NCBI GenBank assembly: GCA_050252035.1
Contig: JBFWLR010000007.1
Coordinates: 73,379 to 137,378 of the forward strand
Length of the DNA stretch: 64,000 bases
DNA from: Xanthobacter sp.
GTDB taxonomy: Bacteria > Pseudomonadota > Alphaproteobacteria > Rhizobiales > Xanthobacteraceae
Direction of reading: 5' to 3'
The notes beneath the pieces are model-generated. The model saw nothing but the letters and a program-made list of their open reading frames with translations, searched no databases and was not told the DNA's origin. The translations under genes were made by a program, and so were the position numbers. Positions 9,751 to 21,772 of the stretch are shown piece by piece. Numbering within the stretch: the stretch's first letter is position 1; the number at the start of each line of letters is the position of its first letter.

Positions 9751-10572
9751 ATGAATGATACCCGCATGACGGCCGAGGATGAGGTCGACGCCTCCAAGGC
9801 ACCACTGATTGAGCATCTCGTTGAGCTGCGCAGCCGGTTGATCAAATCATTGGCCGCGTTTCTGGTGACATTCTTTCTGTGTTTCCTGTTTGCTAAGCAG
9901 ATCTATAATCTCCTGCTGTGGCCTTATGAGTTCGCGAATGATTTCGCGCCGGGGATGAAGCTGATCTACACCGCGCCACAGGAATTTCTGTTTACGCAGA
10001 TCAAGCTGGCGCTTTTCGGGGCGGCTTTCCTGTCGTTTCCCGTGGTGGCCACACAGGTTTACATGTTCGTGGCGCCGGGCCTGTACCGGAATGAGCGGGC
10101 GGCTTTTCGGCCTTATCTGATCGCGACGCCGCTGTGCTTCCTCGCCGGTGCAGCCTTTGTGTATTTTGTCGCCATGCCTATGGCGATGATCTATTTTCTC
10201 AGCATGCAGCAGGTGGGGGGAGACGGGCAGCCGGAAATTTCGCTGCTGCCGCGAGTCTCTGAATATCTCTCGCTGATCACCACGCTCATCCTTGCCTTCG
10301 GCTTGTGTTTCCAGTTGCCTGTCGTTCTAACCTTGCTGGCGCGCATTGGTGTGGTGAACCAGAAAATGCTGCGAAAAGCCCGCCGCTACGCCATTGTTGG
10401 CATTTTCATCATTGCGGCTGTGGCCACTCCACCAGATGTTGTTAGTCAGCTCGCCCTTGCCCTGCCGACACTCCTTCTCTACGAGATATCCGTCTATCTG
10501 GTCGGGGCGGTTGAGAAGCGCCGGGCGCGGGAAGATGCAGCGCAGGATGCGTCTGAATCTGCCGCGGACTGA
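9751..10572 (+). CDS. tatC: Twin-arginine translocase TatC
   Basis: APLIEHLVELRSRL, APGLYRNE and TPPDVVSQ motifs. Confidence 0.97.
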   Translation: MNDTRMTAEDEVDASKAPLIEHLVELRSRLIKSLAAFLVTFFLCFLFAKQIYNLLLWPYEFANDFAPGMKLIYTAPQEFLFTQIKLALFGAAFLSFPVVATQVYMFVAPGLYRNERAAFRPYLIATPLCFLAGAAFVYFVAMPMAMIYFLSMQQVGGDGQPEISLLPRVSEYLSLITTLILAFGLCFQLPVVLTLLARIGVVNQKMLRKARRYAIVGIFIIAAVATPPDVVSQLALALPTLLLYEISVYLVGAVEKRRAREDAAQDASESAAD

Positions 10573-10581
10573 ACGCTTTGA

Positions 10582-12162
<1,581 letters not shown>

Positions 12163-12167
12163 TATGA

Positions 12168-12197
12168 AAAAGGCACCGGAGAAATCCGGTGCCTTTT
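12168..12197. terminator. Bidirectional terminator between serS and the convergent cassette
   Basis: AAAAGGCACCGGA-gaaa-TCCGGTGCCTTTT. Confidence 0.85.
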
Positions 12198-12231
12198 CTG
12201 TCTGTCCTGCCCCAGTCGTGTGAGCTTAGAT

Positions 12232-13017
12232 TCAGTCCCGGGATGGCTCATGAATGCGGATGGCCTTGTAATCAGCCATCCAGCCCAGCGTCTGTTCCGT
12301 GGGGCCCATCGTGCGATATTCTGCCCCGATGGGCCGAGACCAACCCAGCGCGCCAATTCTGGAGAGGGTGTAGCCATAATCGAGCTCGCCTTCATCCGGG
12401 CGGGTGCGCGCCGGTATAGAGGCCATCTGAACATGCCCGATAATGGGGAGCAGCCGCTTAAAGGTGCGGTAGACATCCCCTCCCGTGATCTGCTGGTGAT
12501 AGCAATCGAACATCAGACGCAGTTGAGGCAAGCACAACTCCTGAATGATATCGGCGGCTTGCTGTGCGGTATTGAGAAAATAGCCCGGCGCATCATAGGG
12601 GTTCAGCGGCTCGATCAGGATTGTCAGGCCATGTGGGGCTGCACGTGAGCAGGCATAGTAAAGATTGTTGCAAAAGCTATGGTGGGCATCCGGGCCTGAG
12701 GCGATTCCAGCCATGACATGAATGGATTGTGCCTGAATGGCCACGGCATATTCAATTGCCTGATCAATGGCTGCGCGGGCGTCTGCCTCGCGTCCCGGCA
12801 GGGCTGCCAGCCCGTTCTCACCTGCCTTGCCACGGCTCGTATTGAGCCCCAGCATGCTCAGGCCGGTTTCTTCAAGGGCTGAGGCGATCTGTTCGGCTGG
12901 CGTCTCATAAGGCCAGTGGCACTCCACCGCATCAAATCCGGCCCGGGCTGCGGCACGTATGGCTTCGGATAGAGACAACTCATTCCACAGAAAGCCAAGA
13001 TTGGCGGAGAACTGCAT
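12232..13017 (-). CDS. Hydroxypyruvate isomerase-family TIM barrel (Hyi/OtnI-like)
   Basis: FSANLGFLW, ILIEPLNPYDAPGYFL, LMFDCYHQQ and GHVQMAS...RTRPDEGELDY motifs. Confidence 0.85.
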   Translation of the reverse strand: MQFSANLGFLWNELSLSEAIRAAARAGFDAVECHWPYETPAEQIASALEETGLSMLGLNTSRGKAGENGLAALPGREADARAAIDQAIEYAVAIQAQSIHVMAGIASGPDAHHSFCNNLYYACSRAAPHGLTILIEPLNPYDAPGYFLNTAQQAADIIQELCLPQLRLMFDCYHQQITGGDVYRTFKRLLPIIGHVQMASIPARTRPDEGELDYGYTLSRIGALGWSRPIGAEYRTMGPTEQTLGWMADYKAIRIHEPSRD

Positions 13018-13062
13018 CAGATCCTCATTTCCCCAAATCGGGCATCAGTCAAAGCGGGGGCT

Positions 13063-13095
13063 GGCCGGTACATGCCATAAAGGCATGTACCGGCC
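13063..13095. other. Perfect 14-bp-stem hairpin between lldD and the hyi-like gene
   Basis: GGCCGGTACATGCC-ataaa-GGCATGTACCGGCC; terminator or mRNA stabiliser. Confidence 0.6.
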
Positions 13096-13126
13096 GAAAT
13101 GGAGTAAAGGGAGAGGGAGGATCCCT

Positions 13127-14260
13127 TCACTCCGCAAGCAGGTTGCGATCAATGTCCGCGATAGTGCGCGCGCCGGTGAGTGTCATGGCCACGCGCATTT
13201 CCTTGGCCACAATCTCCAGCATGTTGGACACACCCGCCTCTCCGTCTGTCGCTAGGGCATAGATGAAGGCGCGGCCCATCATGGTGCAATCTGCTCCAAG
13301 AGCCAGAAGGCGCACCACATCCAGCCCCGAGCGCACACCGGAATCGGCGAGGATGGTGATATCGCCCTTGACGGCATCGGCAATGGCCGGCAGGGCTCGC
13401 ACCGAGGACAGCACACCATCCAACTGACGGCCGCCATGGTTGGATACGATGATGCCATCTGCACCAAAGCGAACAGCATCCCGGGCATCCTCGACATCCA
13501 GAATGCCCTTGATGACCATGGGGCCCTTCCAGAAATCACGGATCCACTCCAGATCCTTCCAGCTGATGGAGGGATCGAAATTGGCACCGAGCCAGCCAAT
13601 ATAATCTTCCAGCTTGGTGGGCTGGCCGCGATAGGCGGAGATATTGCCAAGATCATGCGGCGTGCCCTGCAGCCCGACATCCCAGGCCCAGACGGGGTGT
13701 GTCATGGCCTGAAAATACTGGCGCAGTTTGGCGTTTGGTCCGGACATGCCGGAATGCATATCGCGGTAACGCGCGCCCGGTACAGGCATATCCACCGTGA
13801 AGATGAGGGTATTGATGCCGGCTGCCTGCGCCCTTTCCAGCACATTGCGCATGAAGCCCCTGTCCTTCAGCACATAGAGCTGGAACCAGATGGGTTTTGC
13901 CGATTGCGGCTGCACTTCCTCAATGGGGCACACTGAAACCGTAGAAAGCGTGAAGGGCACGCCATGTGCAGCAGCTGCCCGGGCAGCCTGCACCTCGCCA
14001 CGGCGTGCAAACATGCCTGTGAGACCGACAGGCGCCAGTGCGACGGGCATGGCCAGTTTCTGGCCGAAAACCTCCGTACGCAAATCCAGATCGCTCATGT
14101 TTCGCAGAACACGCTGCCGCAACGCGATTTCCGCAAGGTCCGAAACATTGTGGCGCAGGGTGTGCTCGGCATAAGCACCGCCATCAATATAGTGGAACAG
14201 GAAGGGCGGCAGCCGACGCCGGGCCGCTTCGCGATAGTCGGAAAGCGATGACACGATCAT
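13127..14260 (-). CDS. lldD: FMN-dependent L-lactate dehydrogenase
   Basis: [37 protein letters not shown] motifs. Confidence 0.93.
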   Translation of the reverse strand: MIVSSLSDYREAARRRLPPFLFHYIDGGAYAEHTLRHNVSDLAEIALRQRVLRNMSDLDLRTEVFGQKLAMPVALAPVGLTGMFARRGEVQAARAAAAHGVPFTLSTVSVCPIEEVQPQSAKPIWFQLYVLKDRGFMRNVLERAQAAGINTLIFTVDMPVPGARYRDMHSGMSGPNAKLRQYFQAMTHPVWAWDVGLQGTPHDLGNISAYRGQPTKLEDYIGWLGANFDPSISWKDLEWIRDFWKGPMVIKGILDVEDARDAVRFGADGIIVSNHGGRQLDGVLSSVRALPAIADAVKGDITILADSGVRSGLDVVRLLALGADCTMMGRAFIYALATDGEAGVSNMLEIVAKEMRVAMTLTGARTIADIDRNLLAE

Positions 14261-14472
14261 GTTTTCAATCCCAGCTCAAGAGCAACGGGTGGTGCAGGCC
14301 GGACGTGCCTGCCAGATTGGATAGTATCGCGAAGCGGAGTGGAGCCCACGCACCCTGTGGTGGAATTCGTCTCCGCAGCGCACCATTCACCATGTTGCGA
14401 CGCCAAATCGGGGCGGGGAAGGCGTGCAGAAGGGGGCAGGGGCCGTATGACGGCCGCCTGCACAGAGCCGGA

Positions 14473-15930
14473 TCAGCCCTGAATGTAAATCACGTGTGTT
14501 TCCGTGAATTCGTACAGCCCGTGCTTGCCATCTGCACCGCCAATGCCGGATTTACGACGGCCGGCATGGAAGCCCTGCATCGCCTCGAAATTTTCGCGAT
14601 TGATATAGGTCTCGCCAAACTTCAATTCGCGGCTGGCCTTGAGAGCAGCGTTGAGGTCTCGCGTATAGATGGAAGATGTCAGGCCATAATCCGAGTCATT
14701 GGCCAAAGCGATGGCTTCATCCAGACTGGTGACCGCCTGAACCGGAAGTACCGGGCCGAAAGTCTCACGCTGCATGATATCCATCTTCTGGGTCGCACCT
14801 GTGATCAGGGTCGGCTCATAATGGAACCCAACACTGCGATCGGCGATCTTGCCGCCCGTGATGACGGTTGCGCCCTGTTCACGCGCCTTTTCAACCGCCT
14901 TGGCCACCTTCTCCAGACCGATCCGGTTGACCAGCGGCCCCATATGCAGATCTTCTTCCAGTGAAGGGTCACCATAGCGGGTGGCTTCAAACAGGCTCTT
15001 GAGCTTCTCAACCAGCGCGTCATGCACCTCGCGCGCGACATAGACACGCTCCGCGCAGTTGCAGACCTGCCCGGTATTGATGATGCGGGAATCGTAGATT
15101 GCCTTGGCCGCCAGATCGAGATCTGCATCCTTCAGCACTATGGCAGGGGCTTTCCCGCCCAGTTCCAGATTGACGCGTGTGAGGTTCTTGGCAGCCAGCT
15201 GCATGATGTGTGAGCCGGTGGCCACGCTGCCTGTAAAGGTGACCATATCAATGCCGGGATGCGCCGCCAGCGCCTCACCAGATACTGCACCTCGTCCGCC
15301 AATCAGATTGAAGACCCCCTTGGGCAGGTCTGTCTGGCTGGCGAGTTCTGCAAACAGATAGGCGTTAAGAGGGGTTTCCTCGCTGGGCTTGATGACAATG
15401 GTATTGCCTGTCACCAGAGCCGGAGCCAGCTTGCGGGCGATGAGGAAGAAGGGGAAGTTCCAGGGCAGAATGCCGGCCACAACGCCTACCGGCTTACGCA
15501 GCAGCAGCATTGTTTCGTTCGGGCGATCGCTTGTCAGCACCTCGCCTTCGATCCTGCGGGCCCATTCGGCCATATAGTCCATATAATCTGCGGTGAAATC
15601 CACCTCGACCTGCGCCAGCCCGCGCACCTTGCCCTGCTCCTGTACGATGCAGTCAGCCAGGTCTGTGCGATTTTCACGCAACTTGGCGGCGATCTGGCGC
15701 AGGAAGCCGGCACGCTCTATGGCAGGGCGCTTTTCCCAGTCGGCTTGCGCTGTGCGGGCGGCAGTGACGGCGCGATCCACTTCGGCCGGGTCAGTTTCCG
15801 GAATACGCCCGATCACCTGCCCTGTTGCCGGATTGAGCACATCAATGAGTGCTCCATCATGATCGACAAATGCACCGTCGATGTAATTGCGATAGGCGTG
15901 GTCAATGTTGACCAGTGGATTGGCGGCCAT
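14473..15930 (-). CDS. aldA: NAD-dependent aldehyde dehydrogenase, lactaldehyde/glycolaldehyde type
   Basis: ILPWNFPFFLIARK, ELGGKAP, GQVCNC, EAMQGFHAGRRKSGIGGADGKHGL; RBS GGAGG before ATG 15930. Confidence 0.88.
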   Translation of the reverse strand: MAANPLVNIDHAYRNYIDGAFVDHDGALIDVLNPATGQVIGRIPETDPAEVDRAVTAARTAQADWEKRPAIERAGFLRQIAAKLRENRTDLADCIVQEQGKVRGLAQVEVDFTADYMDYMAEWARRIEGEVLTSDRPNETMLLLRKPVGVVAGILPWNFPFFLIARKLAPALVTGNTIVIKPSEETPLNAYLFAELASQTDLPKGVFNLIGGRGAVSGEALAAHPGIDMVTFTGSVATGSHIMQLAAKNLTRVNLELGGKAPAIVLKDADLDLAAKAIYDSRIINTGQVCNCAERVYVAREVHDALVEKLKSLFEATRYGDPSLEEDLHMGPLVNRIGLEKVAKAVEKAREQGATVITGGKIADRSVGFHYEPTLITGATQKMDIMQRETFGPVLPVQAVTSLDEAIALANDSDYGLTSSIYTRDLNAALKASRELKFGETYINRENFEAMQGFHAGRRKSGIGGADGKHGLYEFTETHVIYIQG

Positions 15931-16004
15931 GTTTTCCTCCACTCGTGTTTGTCATGCGGGCCACCCGGTGGGGGTAGCCCGCAGCCGTTTTGTCGCGAGT
16001 TAAT

Positions 16005-17087
16005 TCAGCTTATTGGGTTTTGCTGGAGATGGTCTGTAGCCAATTCCTTCTTGCCAGATGCAATCCACGTCTCTTCAGCCTCTGGCGAAATGCCACGCGC
16101 CTTCTGCCAGCGTGAAACCGCAATGACCAGGAAGGGCACCAGCAGGGCCGTAGTGATTGTGGCAGCTGCAATCTGGGAGGTCGCCAGCGGCTCAATCGCC
16201 TTATAGGTGGGGTCCAGCAGGGCGACTGCGGCCGGGGTGGCTACGGCATTGCCGGCGACTGTCGCTTCTGCTGCGCCGGCAATTACATTGCGGGTCGCCG
16301 GGGGGCGGTTAGTGATGACATGCATGATCTTGAGGAAGAGAATAGCCGCGCCACCCGAAAGGATAACAGTGGCAATACCTAGCAGTACGCCCTGAAGGCC
16401 GGCCTGACCCAGGGTGGAAAAATCAATGCCACGGCCCACGACGAAGCCCAGGAAGGGAATGAGCAGCGCCTCACCCGGCTCAAGGAACTTGCGCGCTGTC
16501 TGGCTCATATTGCCTATGATGAAGCCAATGAAGAGCGGCAGAAGACAGCCCAGAAGCATTAACAGGGGAAAGGCCGCAAGACCCGCCGTGCCGAGAATGA
16601 GCAGGGTGATGAAGGGGCCGTCATTCAGCGAGATCACAGAGACTGCACCGCGGTCACTGCTGTTGCCGAACTGCTTGGTGAGCGCCACGAACAGGGCTGA
16701 ATTGGAGTTTGTCATGCCCGCAATAATGGCCAGAGGCGTCAGGCCCCAAAGCACACCACCCGGCAGATAGAAGGCGACCAGAAGGCCGATAAGGCCGCCG
16801 ACTGCCGCCTTGCCCAGCAGAATGGCCGCTCCCTTTTGCAAGGTGGCGGATGTCTGCCGGAAATCAATCTGCGAACCCATGCAGAAGAAGAACAGACCAA
16901 GAAGGGCGCCGGTTCCATTACGGAACAGGGCCGTTGCAAAACTGCCGATTTCCAGAACCTGAGGGCAGAATGTATTGATTGTCGCCCCTAGGAAGAGCGG
17001 CACAATCATGGCTGCTCCCGGAATTTTGCAGATCCATACGCCAAATTTTTGCAGGACAGACAGGTTTTTATAGGCGTCTGTTGTCAT
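16005..17087 (-). CDS. kdgT: 2-keto-3-deoxygluconate permease family transporter
   Basis: KIPGAAMIVPLFLGATINTF, NSNSAL, SLNDGPF and AGNAVATPAAVA motifs. Confidence 0.88.
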   Translation of the reverse strand: MTTDAYKNLSVLQKFGVWICKIPGAAMIVPLFLGATINTFCPQVLEIGSFATALFRNGTGALLGLFFFCMGSQIDFRQTSATLQKGAAILLGKAAVGGLIGLLVAFYLPGGVLWGLTPLAIIAGMTNSNSALFVALTKQFGNSSDRGAVSVISLNDGPFITLLILGTAGLAAFPLLMLLGCLLPLFIGFIIGNMSQTARKFLEPGEALLIPFLGFVVGRGIDFSTLGQAGLQGVLLGIATVILSGGAAILFLKIMHVITNRPPATRNVIAGAAEATVAGNAVATPAAVALLDPTYKAIEPLATSQIAAATITTALLVPFLVIAVSRWQKARGISPEAEETWIASGKKELATDHLQQNPIS

Positions 17088-17146
17088 GATTTCCTCCCAG
17101 ATCTATATTTTATATTTTCTGGAAATATATTTTGTGCAGATATCTG

Positions 17147-17782
17147 CTATGTTGTGACTGAAACTACATTCTGTATGTTCTTGTTCCAGATAAGTTTTCC
17201 ACATTCAACGACATTAGAGGTGCTCATGACTGGAAAACGGATTTCCTCTACATCGCCTGTATGTGCGATATAATCATCACCACTCTGAATCGAGGCTGTT
17301 TCCTTGGTGGGGAAGAAACTGGTCGGTTCTGAATAGTTGTACACCATGGTGAAGGTGCCATCCGAAATCGTGCCGTCAGGCAGGAGGATGCCGGGCGGGC
17401 AGGCATTCCAAGTGTGGGGCAGGCCGGGGGGAATATCCACAAGGGTGCCAGGCGCGACCACGAAATATTCGCCGCCCAGTTCAGTGATGCCGACACCATT
17501 GAGAACAAGAATACGCTCAGGAAGAATGCGGTACTTTCCGGTTTCCTCATCAAGAATCATATGGACGTGACGGGGCAGGCGACAGTCTGTATTGAATTCG
17601 ATGTATCCGAACTGTCCTTCGAAGGAGAGGTTCCCGTCCTCATCATCGCCTGTATACAGTTCATGCATCGTCACAGGTGCATTTTTAAGCGGGTTCTTGA
17701 TATTGCCGCCGCTGCCATGTGTAATGCGGGTGCCATTCTCAAGCTTCACCCCCAGAATTTGAGGGGTCTTCTGCTGGGACAT
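17147..17782 (-). CDS. Cupin-domain protein, function unknown
   Basis: HVH...E (motif 1) and GTLVDIPPGLPHTWN (motif 2). Confidence 0.7.
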   Translation of the reverse strand: MSQQKTPQILGVKLENGTRITHGSGGNIKNPLKNAPVTMHELYTGDDEDGNLSFEGQFGYIEFNTDCRLPRHVHMILDEETGKYRILPERILVLNGVGITELGGEYFVVAPGTLVDIPPGLPHTWNACPPGILLPDGTISDGTFTMVYNYSEPTSFFPTKETASIQSGDDYIAHTGDVEEIRFPVMSTSNVVECGKLIWNKNIQNVVSVTT

Positions 17783-17875
17783 CTCCAGTCCTCCGATGGG
17801 TTTTCTGAATGAAGTCGCCGGGCCGGCCAGCTGTGTTTTGCAGGCCCGGCATTGACTGTCTGGGGCAGACAGGGC

Positions 17876-19222
17876 TCAGCTTTTTGCCAGGAAGGCGGTT
17901 TCCATCTCCTTGCGGAGCATGATGGTTGCGTCTGCCGCGTCATACTGAACATCGGACCAGCACACGACTTGGCCTTCAGCCACGTCCCGCTTCAGGGTCA
18001 TGCCATGCGCAAGACCAATTGGAACGGCATCCAGCTTGCTGGAGGTCGCTGCAGGGATGACCTTGCCGTAAACGGTGAAGCCGCCCTCACCATCCAGCAC
18101 TTCACCCGATGCAAGCTTGCGCTTGGCCACCGCAACCACATCCGCACTCCAGCCCTTGGTGCGTCCGGTCGGTTCCTTGCGGGTGGCAATGCTGGCGACG
18201 GAAAGACCCAGCTCCAGGCCGATGAGATGATAGGGCTTGTAGGTGGCTGCGAAACGACCGGTGCTGTCGGTCAGCAGGCCATATTGCTTGAAACAGTCGC
18301 GGACATAATCCGTTTCGCCCTCAATGACGACATAGACCCCCCAGCGCAGATCGCGATAGACCGGCCGACCATCACGTTCGATGGATGACACCACCTCCAC
18401 GGTACCCTTGCGCTTGAGAATGCCGCCATGTTCGACGGGGCGCAGAATGGTCTGCAAATCATCGGCGCCGCAGGGAGGGAACTGGAGGCCATCATCGGGC
18501 GGACTGAGTTCGCAGGCATTGGAGACCGCTGCCATTTCGAGCGCTGATTTGGTGCCATCCAGAAAGGAGTTGAACATTTTGGGGTTGAAGTCGCCGCCAG
18601 CGACCTGCTCGGGGCTGAAGCCATAATGGCCCCATACGGTATCCGGGGTCGATTTGTGGTAGATGGGCAGATATTTCGTGCCCTTGCCGGCGCAGACGAC
18701 ATCAAAACCCGTGCAGCGCGCCCAATCGACCATTTCGGCAATAAGAGCGGGCTGGTCGCCAGAAGCCATGGAATAGATGATGCCGGCATCGGCGGCTTTT
18801 CGGGCCAGCAGCGGGCCAGCCAGCACATCGGCTTCAACATTCACCATGATGATGTGCTTGCCATGCTCACAGGCCGCCAGCACATGCTTGACGCCCGCAG
18901 CCGGATGGCCTGTCGCGTCAATCACGATATCGATGAAGGGGCTGGCGATGAGCTCTGCCGAATTGTCAGTTACATGGGTTGCCCCGGTCCGGTGTGCTTC
19001 CTCCAGTGAGCGGGCGGAGAACTGCTCGGCAGTCCAGCCCACACGCCGCAGCGACGCCTGAGCGTGGGTGGGAGAGAGGTCGGCAATGCCCACGAGGTGT
19101 ACACCCGGTGTCCGCCTGACCTGGGCGAGGTACATGGAGCCGAACTTGCCGGCACCAATGAGTCCGACGCGGGCCGGCCGCTCTTCAGCCTGTAATGCGC
19201 GCAATTTATCGAACATGGACAT
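17876..19222 (-). CDS. NAD(P)-dependent oxidoreductase with C-terminal SAF domain (COG4091-like)
   Basis: VGLIGAGKFG Rossmann motif, VNVEAD, GDQP, NSFLDGTKSALEM, C-terminal DVVAVAKRKL...LDGEGG SAF domain. Confidence 0.85.
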   Translation of the reverse strand: MSMFDKLRALQAEERPARVGLIGAGKFGSMYLAQVRRTPGVHLVGIADLSPTHAQASLRRVGWTAEQFSARSLEEAHRTGATHVTDNSAELIASPFIDIVIDATGHPAAGVKHVLAACEHGKHIIMVNVEADVLAGPLLARKAADAGIIYSMASGDQPALIAEMVDWARCTGFDVVCAGKGTKYLPIYHKSTPDTVWGHYGFSPEQVAGGDFNPKMFNSFLDGTKSALEMAAVSNACELSPPDDGLQFPPCGADDLQTILRPVEHGGILKRKGTVEVVSSIERDGRPVYRDLRWGVYVVIEGETDYVRDCFKQYGLLTDSTGRFAATYKPYHLIGLELGLSVASIATRKEPTGRTKGWSADVVAVAKRKLASGEVLDGEGGFTVYGKVIPAATSSKLDAVPIGLAHGMTLKRDVAEGQVVCWSDVQYDAADATIMLRKEMETAFLAKS

Positions 19223-19313
19223 GGGCGTTTTCCCTTATGCGGATTATCCGTCGCGGCTGGCATTTGCTGGGCCAGAAGCGCGTTTTTCTTGTGCTAGCGA
19301 ATGCGCGCGGTTT

Positions 19314-19357
19314 ATGTAAATTCGCAGACATACAAAGCCGGTGTGCAGGAATTCGCA
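19314..19357. promoter_or_regulatory. Candidate LysR binding region in the divergent promoter
   Basis: ATGT-N10-ACAT inverted repeat (19314-19331) and repeated AATTCGCA. Confidence 0.35.
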
Positions 19358-19358
19358 T

Positions 19359-20267
19359 ATGATGGAGTTGGATTGGGATGACCTGCGCGCCTTTCTCGCG
19401 GTTGCGAGAGTGGGGCGGCTGACTGTTGCAGCGCGGCGTCTTGGACTGGATCATTCTACGCTGAGCCGGCGCATTTCCGGGTTGGAAGCCACGCTTGAGA
19501 TTGCCCTCTTCGAGCGCTCTCCTGCCGGTTACAAGATTACCGAGGCTGGCCAGAAGCTGGCAGCGGAAGTGCAGCAAATGGAGCATTCCGTCATTCGCAT
19601 TCAAACCCATGTTGCGGATGAATTGCACAAGTTGACCGGGCCGACGCGGTTGACAATGCCGGAAGGATTTTCAACCAGTTTCTTTGTGTATCAGCTTCAC
19701 TTGCTGCGGCAGATACACCCGGAAATATCCATTGAGCTGATCGCCGACCCCAGTATTGTGAGCCTCACCAAACGTGAGGCCGATATCGCTATCATGATGG
19801 AGCGCCCCACGCAGGGACCGCTGGTTTCCCGCAAACTGAGCGATTATGAATATGGCCTGTATTGCAGCGCACAATACCGGGCTGAGCATTCGCAAATCCG
19901 GTCCATTCACGATATCCGGGATCATATCGTTATCGGCTATATTCCCGATCTGATCCCAACGCCTGCACATGATTATCTGAAGGATTATCTGCCGGGCCGC
20001 GATGCCGATCTTCAGGTCTCGAATATTCTTACGCAGGTTGAGGCGACCATGAATGGGCTGGGCATTGCGCTTTTGCCCTGCTTCATGGCCGCTCGGCATC
20101 AAAATCTGGAGCGGTTGCTGGTGGATGATATCAGCTTCACGCGTTCCTACTGGATCGTCACCCATCAGGAATCCCGATACCCGGTGCGAACAGGACGTGT
20201 GAAGGATTTCATTATTGGTCAGGTGCATGAAAACCGGGCACTGTTCATCCCGACAGCTTTTGGGTGA
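19359..20267 (+). CDS. LysR family regulator
   Basis: LDWDDLRAFLAVARVGRLTVAARRLGLDHSTLSRRI HTH; divergent from the cassette. Confidence 0.95.
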   Translation: MMELDWDDLRAFLAVARVGRLTVAARRLGLDHSTLSRRISGLEATLEIALFERSPAGYKITEAGQKLAAEVQQMEHSVIRIQTHVADELHKLTGPTRLTMPEGFSTSFFVYQLHLLRQIHPEISIELIADPSIVSLTKREADIAIMMERPTQGPLVSRKLSDYEYGLYCSAQYRAEHSQIRSIHDIRDHIVIGYIPDLIPTPAHDYLKDYLPGRDADLQVSNILTQVEATMNGLGIALLPCFMAARHQNLERLLVDDISFTRSYWIVTHQESRYPVRTGRVKDFIIGQVHENRALFIPTAFG

Positions 20268-20415
20268 AAGCACCGCGGCTGTGGCTTGTGCGCTTGCGAG
20301 GAGATGAGCACGCCGCAATATGATCTGTGCATGCCTAATGAATTCAATAGCTTGCTCTGGTGGAGGCGGACCACTATCGTGCAGCCCGGCTTCGCTGAAG
20401 GATTGAGAGGAACTG

Positions 20416-21183
20416 ATGCGCATTCTGGTCACCAATGATGATGGCATTCATGCGCCCGGTCTTGATGCCTGCGCGCGCATCGCGCGGCACTTCTCGGATG
20501 ATGTGTGGGTCGTGGCGCCTGAGACGGACCAGTCCGGCGTGGCGCATTCGCTGTCTCTGTCCGATCCGCTGCGGCTGAGGCAGATCGATACCCAGCGTTT
20601 TGCCGTGAAGGGCACGCCGACCGATTGCGTCATCATGGCTGTGCGCCATCTGTTGCATGACAATCCGCCGGATCTGGTGCTCTCAGGCATCAATCGCGGG
20701 CAGAATATTGCCGAAGATGTGAGCTATTCTGGCACTGTTGCCGGGGCGATTGAAGGCACGATTCTTGGCATCCCCTCCATCGCGCTGTCGCAGGCCTTTG
20801 GTCCTCAAAGCCCGGTCTATCCCGGTTATGAAACGGCCGAGCGCCATGCCCCGGCAGTGATCCGCCGGCTGCTGGATGAAGGCATTCCCGCCGGCATCGT
20901 GATGAACCTGAATTTTCCTGATTGCCTGCCCGGTGAGGTGCAGGGCGTCTCCGCCACGTTCCAGGGCACGCGCGATCAGCAGCTTCTCAAGATTGATCCG
21001 CGCCGGGATGGACGAGGCAATCCCTATTACTGGATTGCCTTTGAGCGTCGCACGTACAATGCGGCGCCGGGCTCTGATCTGCAGGCGCTGGACGATAAGC
21101 GTGTTTCCGTGACCCCGCTGCGTCTGGATATGACGGATGAGCCGTTGATGACGCGCCTTGCCCTTCTGTTTTCTGAAAAATAG
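20416..21183 (+). CDS. surE: 5'/3'-nucleotidase SurE
   Basis: [17 protein letters not shown] and YSGTVAGA motifs. Confidence 0.97.
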   Translation: MRILVTNDDGIHAPGLDACARIARHFSDDVWVVAPETDQSGVAHSLSLSDPLRLRQIDTQRFAVKGTPTDCVIMAVRHLLHDNPPDLVLSGINRGQNIAEDVSYSGTVAGAIEGTILGIPSIALSQAFGPQSPVYPGYETAERHAPAVIRRLLDEGIPAGIVMNLNFPDCLPGEVQGVSATFQGTRDQQLLKIDPRRDGRGNPYYWIAFERRTYNAAPGSDLQALDDKRVSVTPLRLDMTDEPLMTRLALLFSEK

Positions 21184-21351
21184 CCGGCTCTGACAGATGC
21201 CCGCCATGCTCTGCCCCCCGGAGGGCGTGCCGTTCTGCGCCATTGAAGCAGTTCTGGAATTGAACGGCACATGCACCTATAAGCTAAATCTCAAGCGTTC
21301 AGGCACGGGCGGGCGGTGGGCCCGGCCGCCATCTTTCTTTGGAGAGTACCC

Positions 21352-21648
21352 ATGAAAGGCTCCCCCCGTACCAGTGCTGATCTGGACCCGCGCCGTCGTC
21401 GCCTTCTATATCGGGCCTGGCACCGGGGCATTCGCGAAATGGACCTTGTGATGGGCCGTTTTGCAGATGTCGAAATCTGCAATCTCTCCGACAGCGAGCT
21501 GGATGATTTCGAGCGTCTGGTGGATGCGCAGGACCATGATATCTTCTCATGGGTGAGCGATACGGTGCCCCTGCCGACCGAATATGACACGCCGCTGTTC
21601 CACAAGATGAAAGACTTTCATCTCTCCGGTCGCGGCCTGCCGGAATAA
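21352..21648 (+). CDS. sdhE: Succinate dehydrogenase assembly factor (SdhE/Sdh5)
   Basis: RRRLLYRAWHRGIREMDL motif. Confidence 0.93.
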   Translation: MKGSPRTSADLDPRRRRLLYRAWHRGIREMDLVMGRFADVEICNLSDSELDDFERLVDAQDHDIFSWVSDTVPLPTEYDTPLFHKMKDFHLSGRGLPE

Positions 21649-21772
21649 GAGGGTGCCGCGGCCTTCTCCGGCCGTGCCTCCTGATCTGCGGTCGTATCCC
21701 GATTGCCCTGACTGAAGTGCCCCCTCATTCTCGTGCCCATCCCTGCTCGCGCCATCTGGCGAGGGCGGTCCG

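Noticed and set aside
15259-16206. 315-aa plus-strand ORF
   Set aside because: Antisense shadow of aldA/kdgT.
21226-21270. Inverted repeat GTGCCGTTC...GAACGGCAC after surE
   Set aside because: Long unstructured loop and no U-tract; function cannot be supported.
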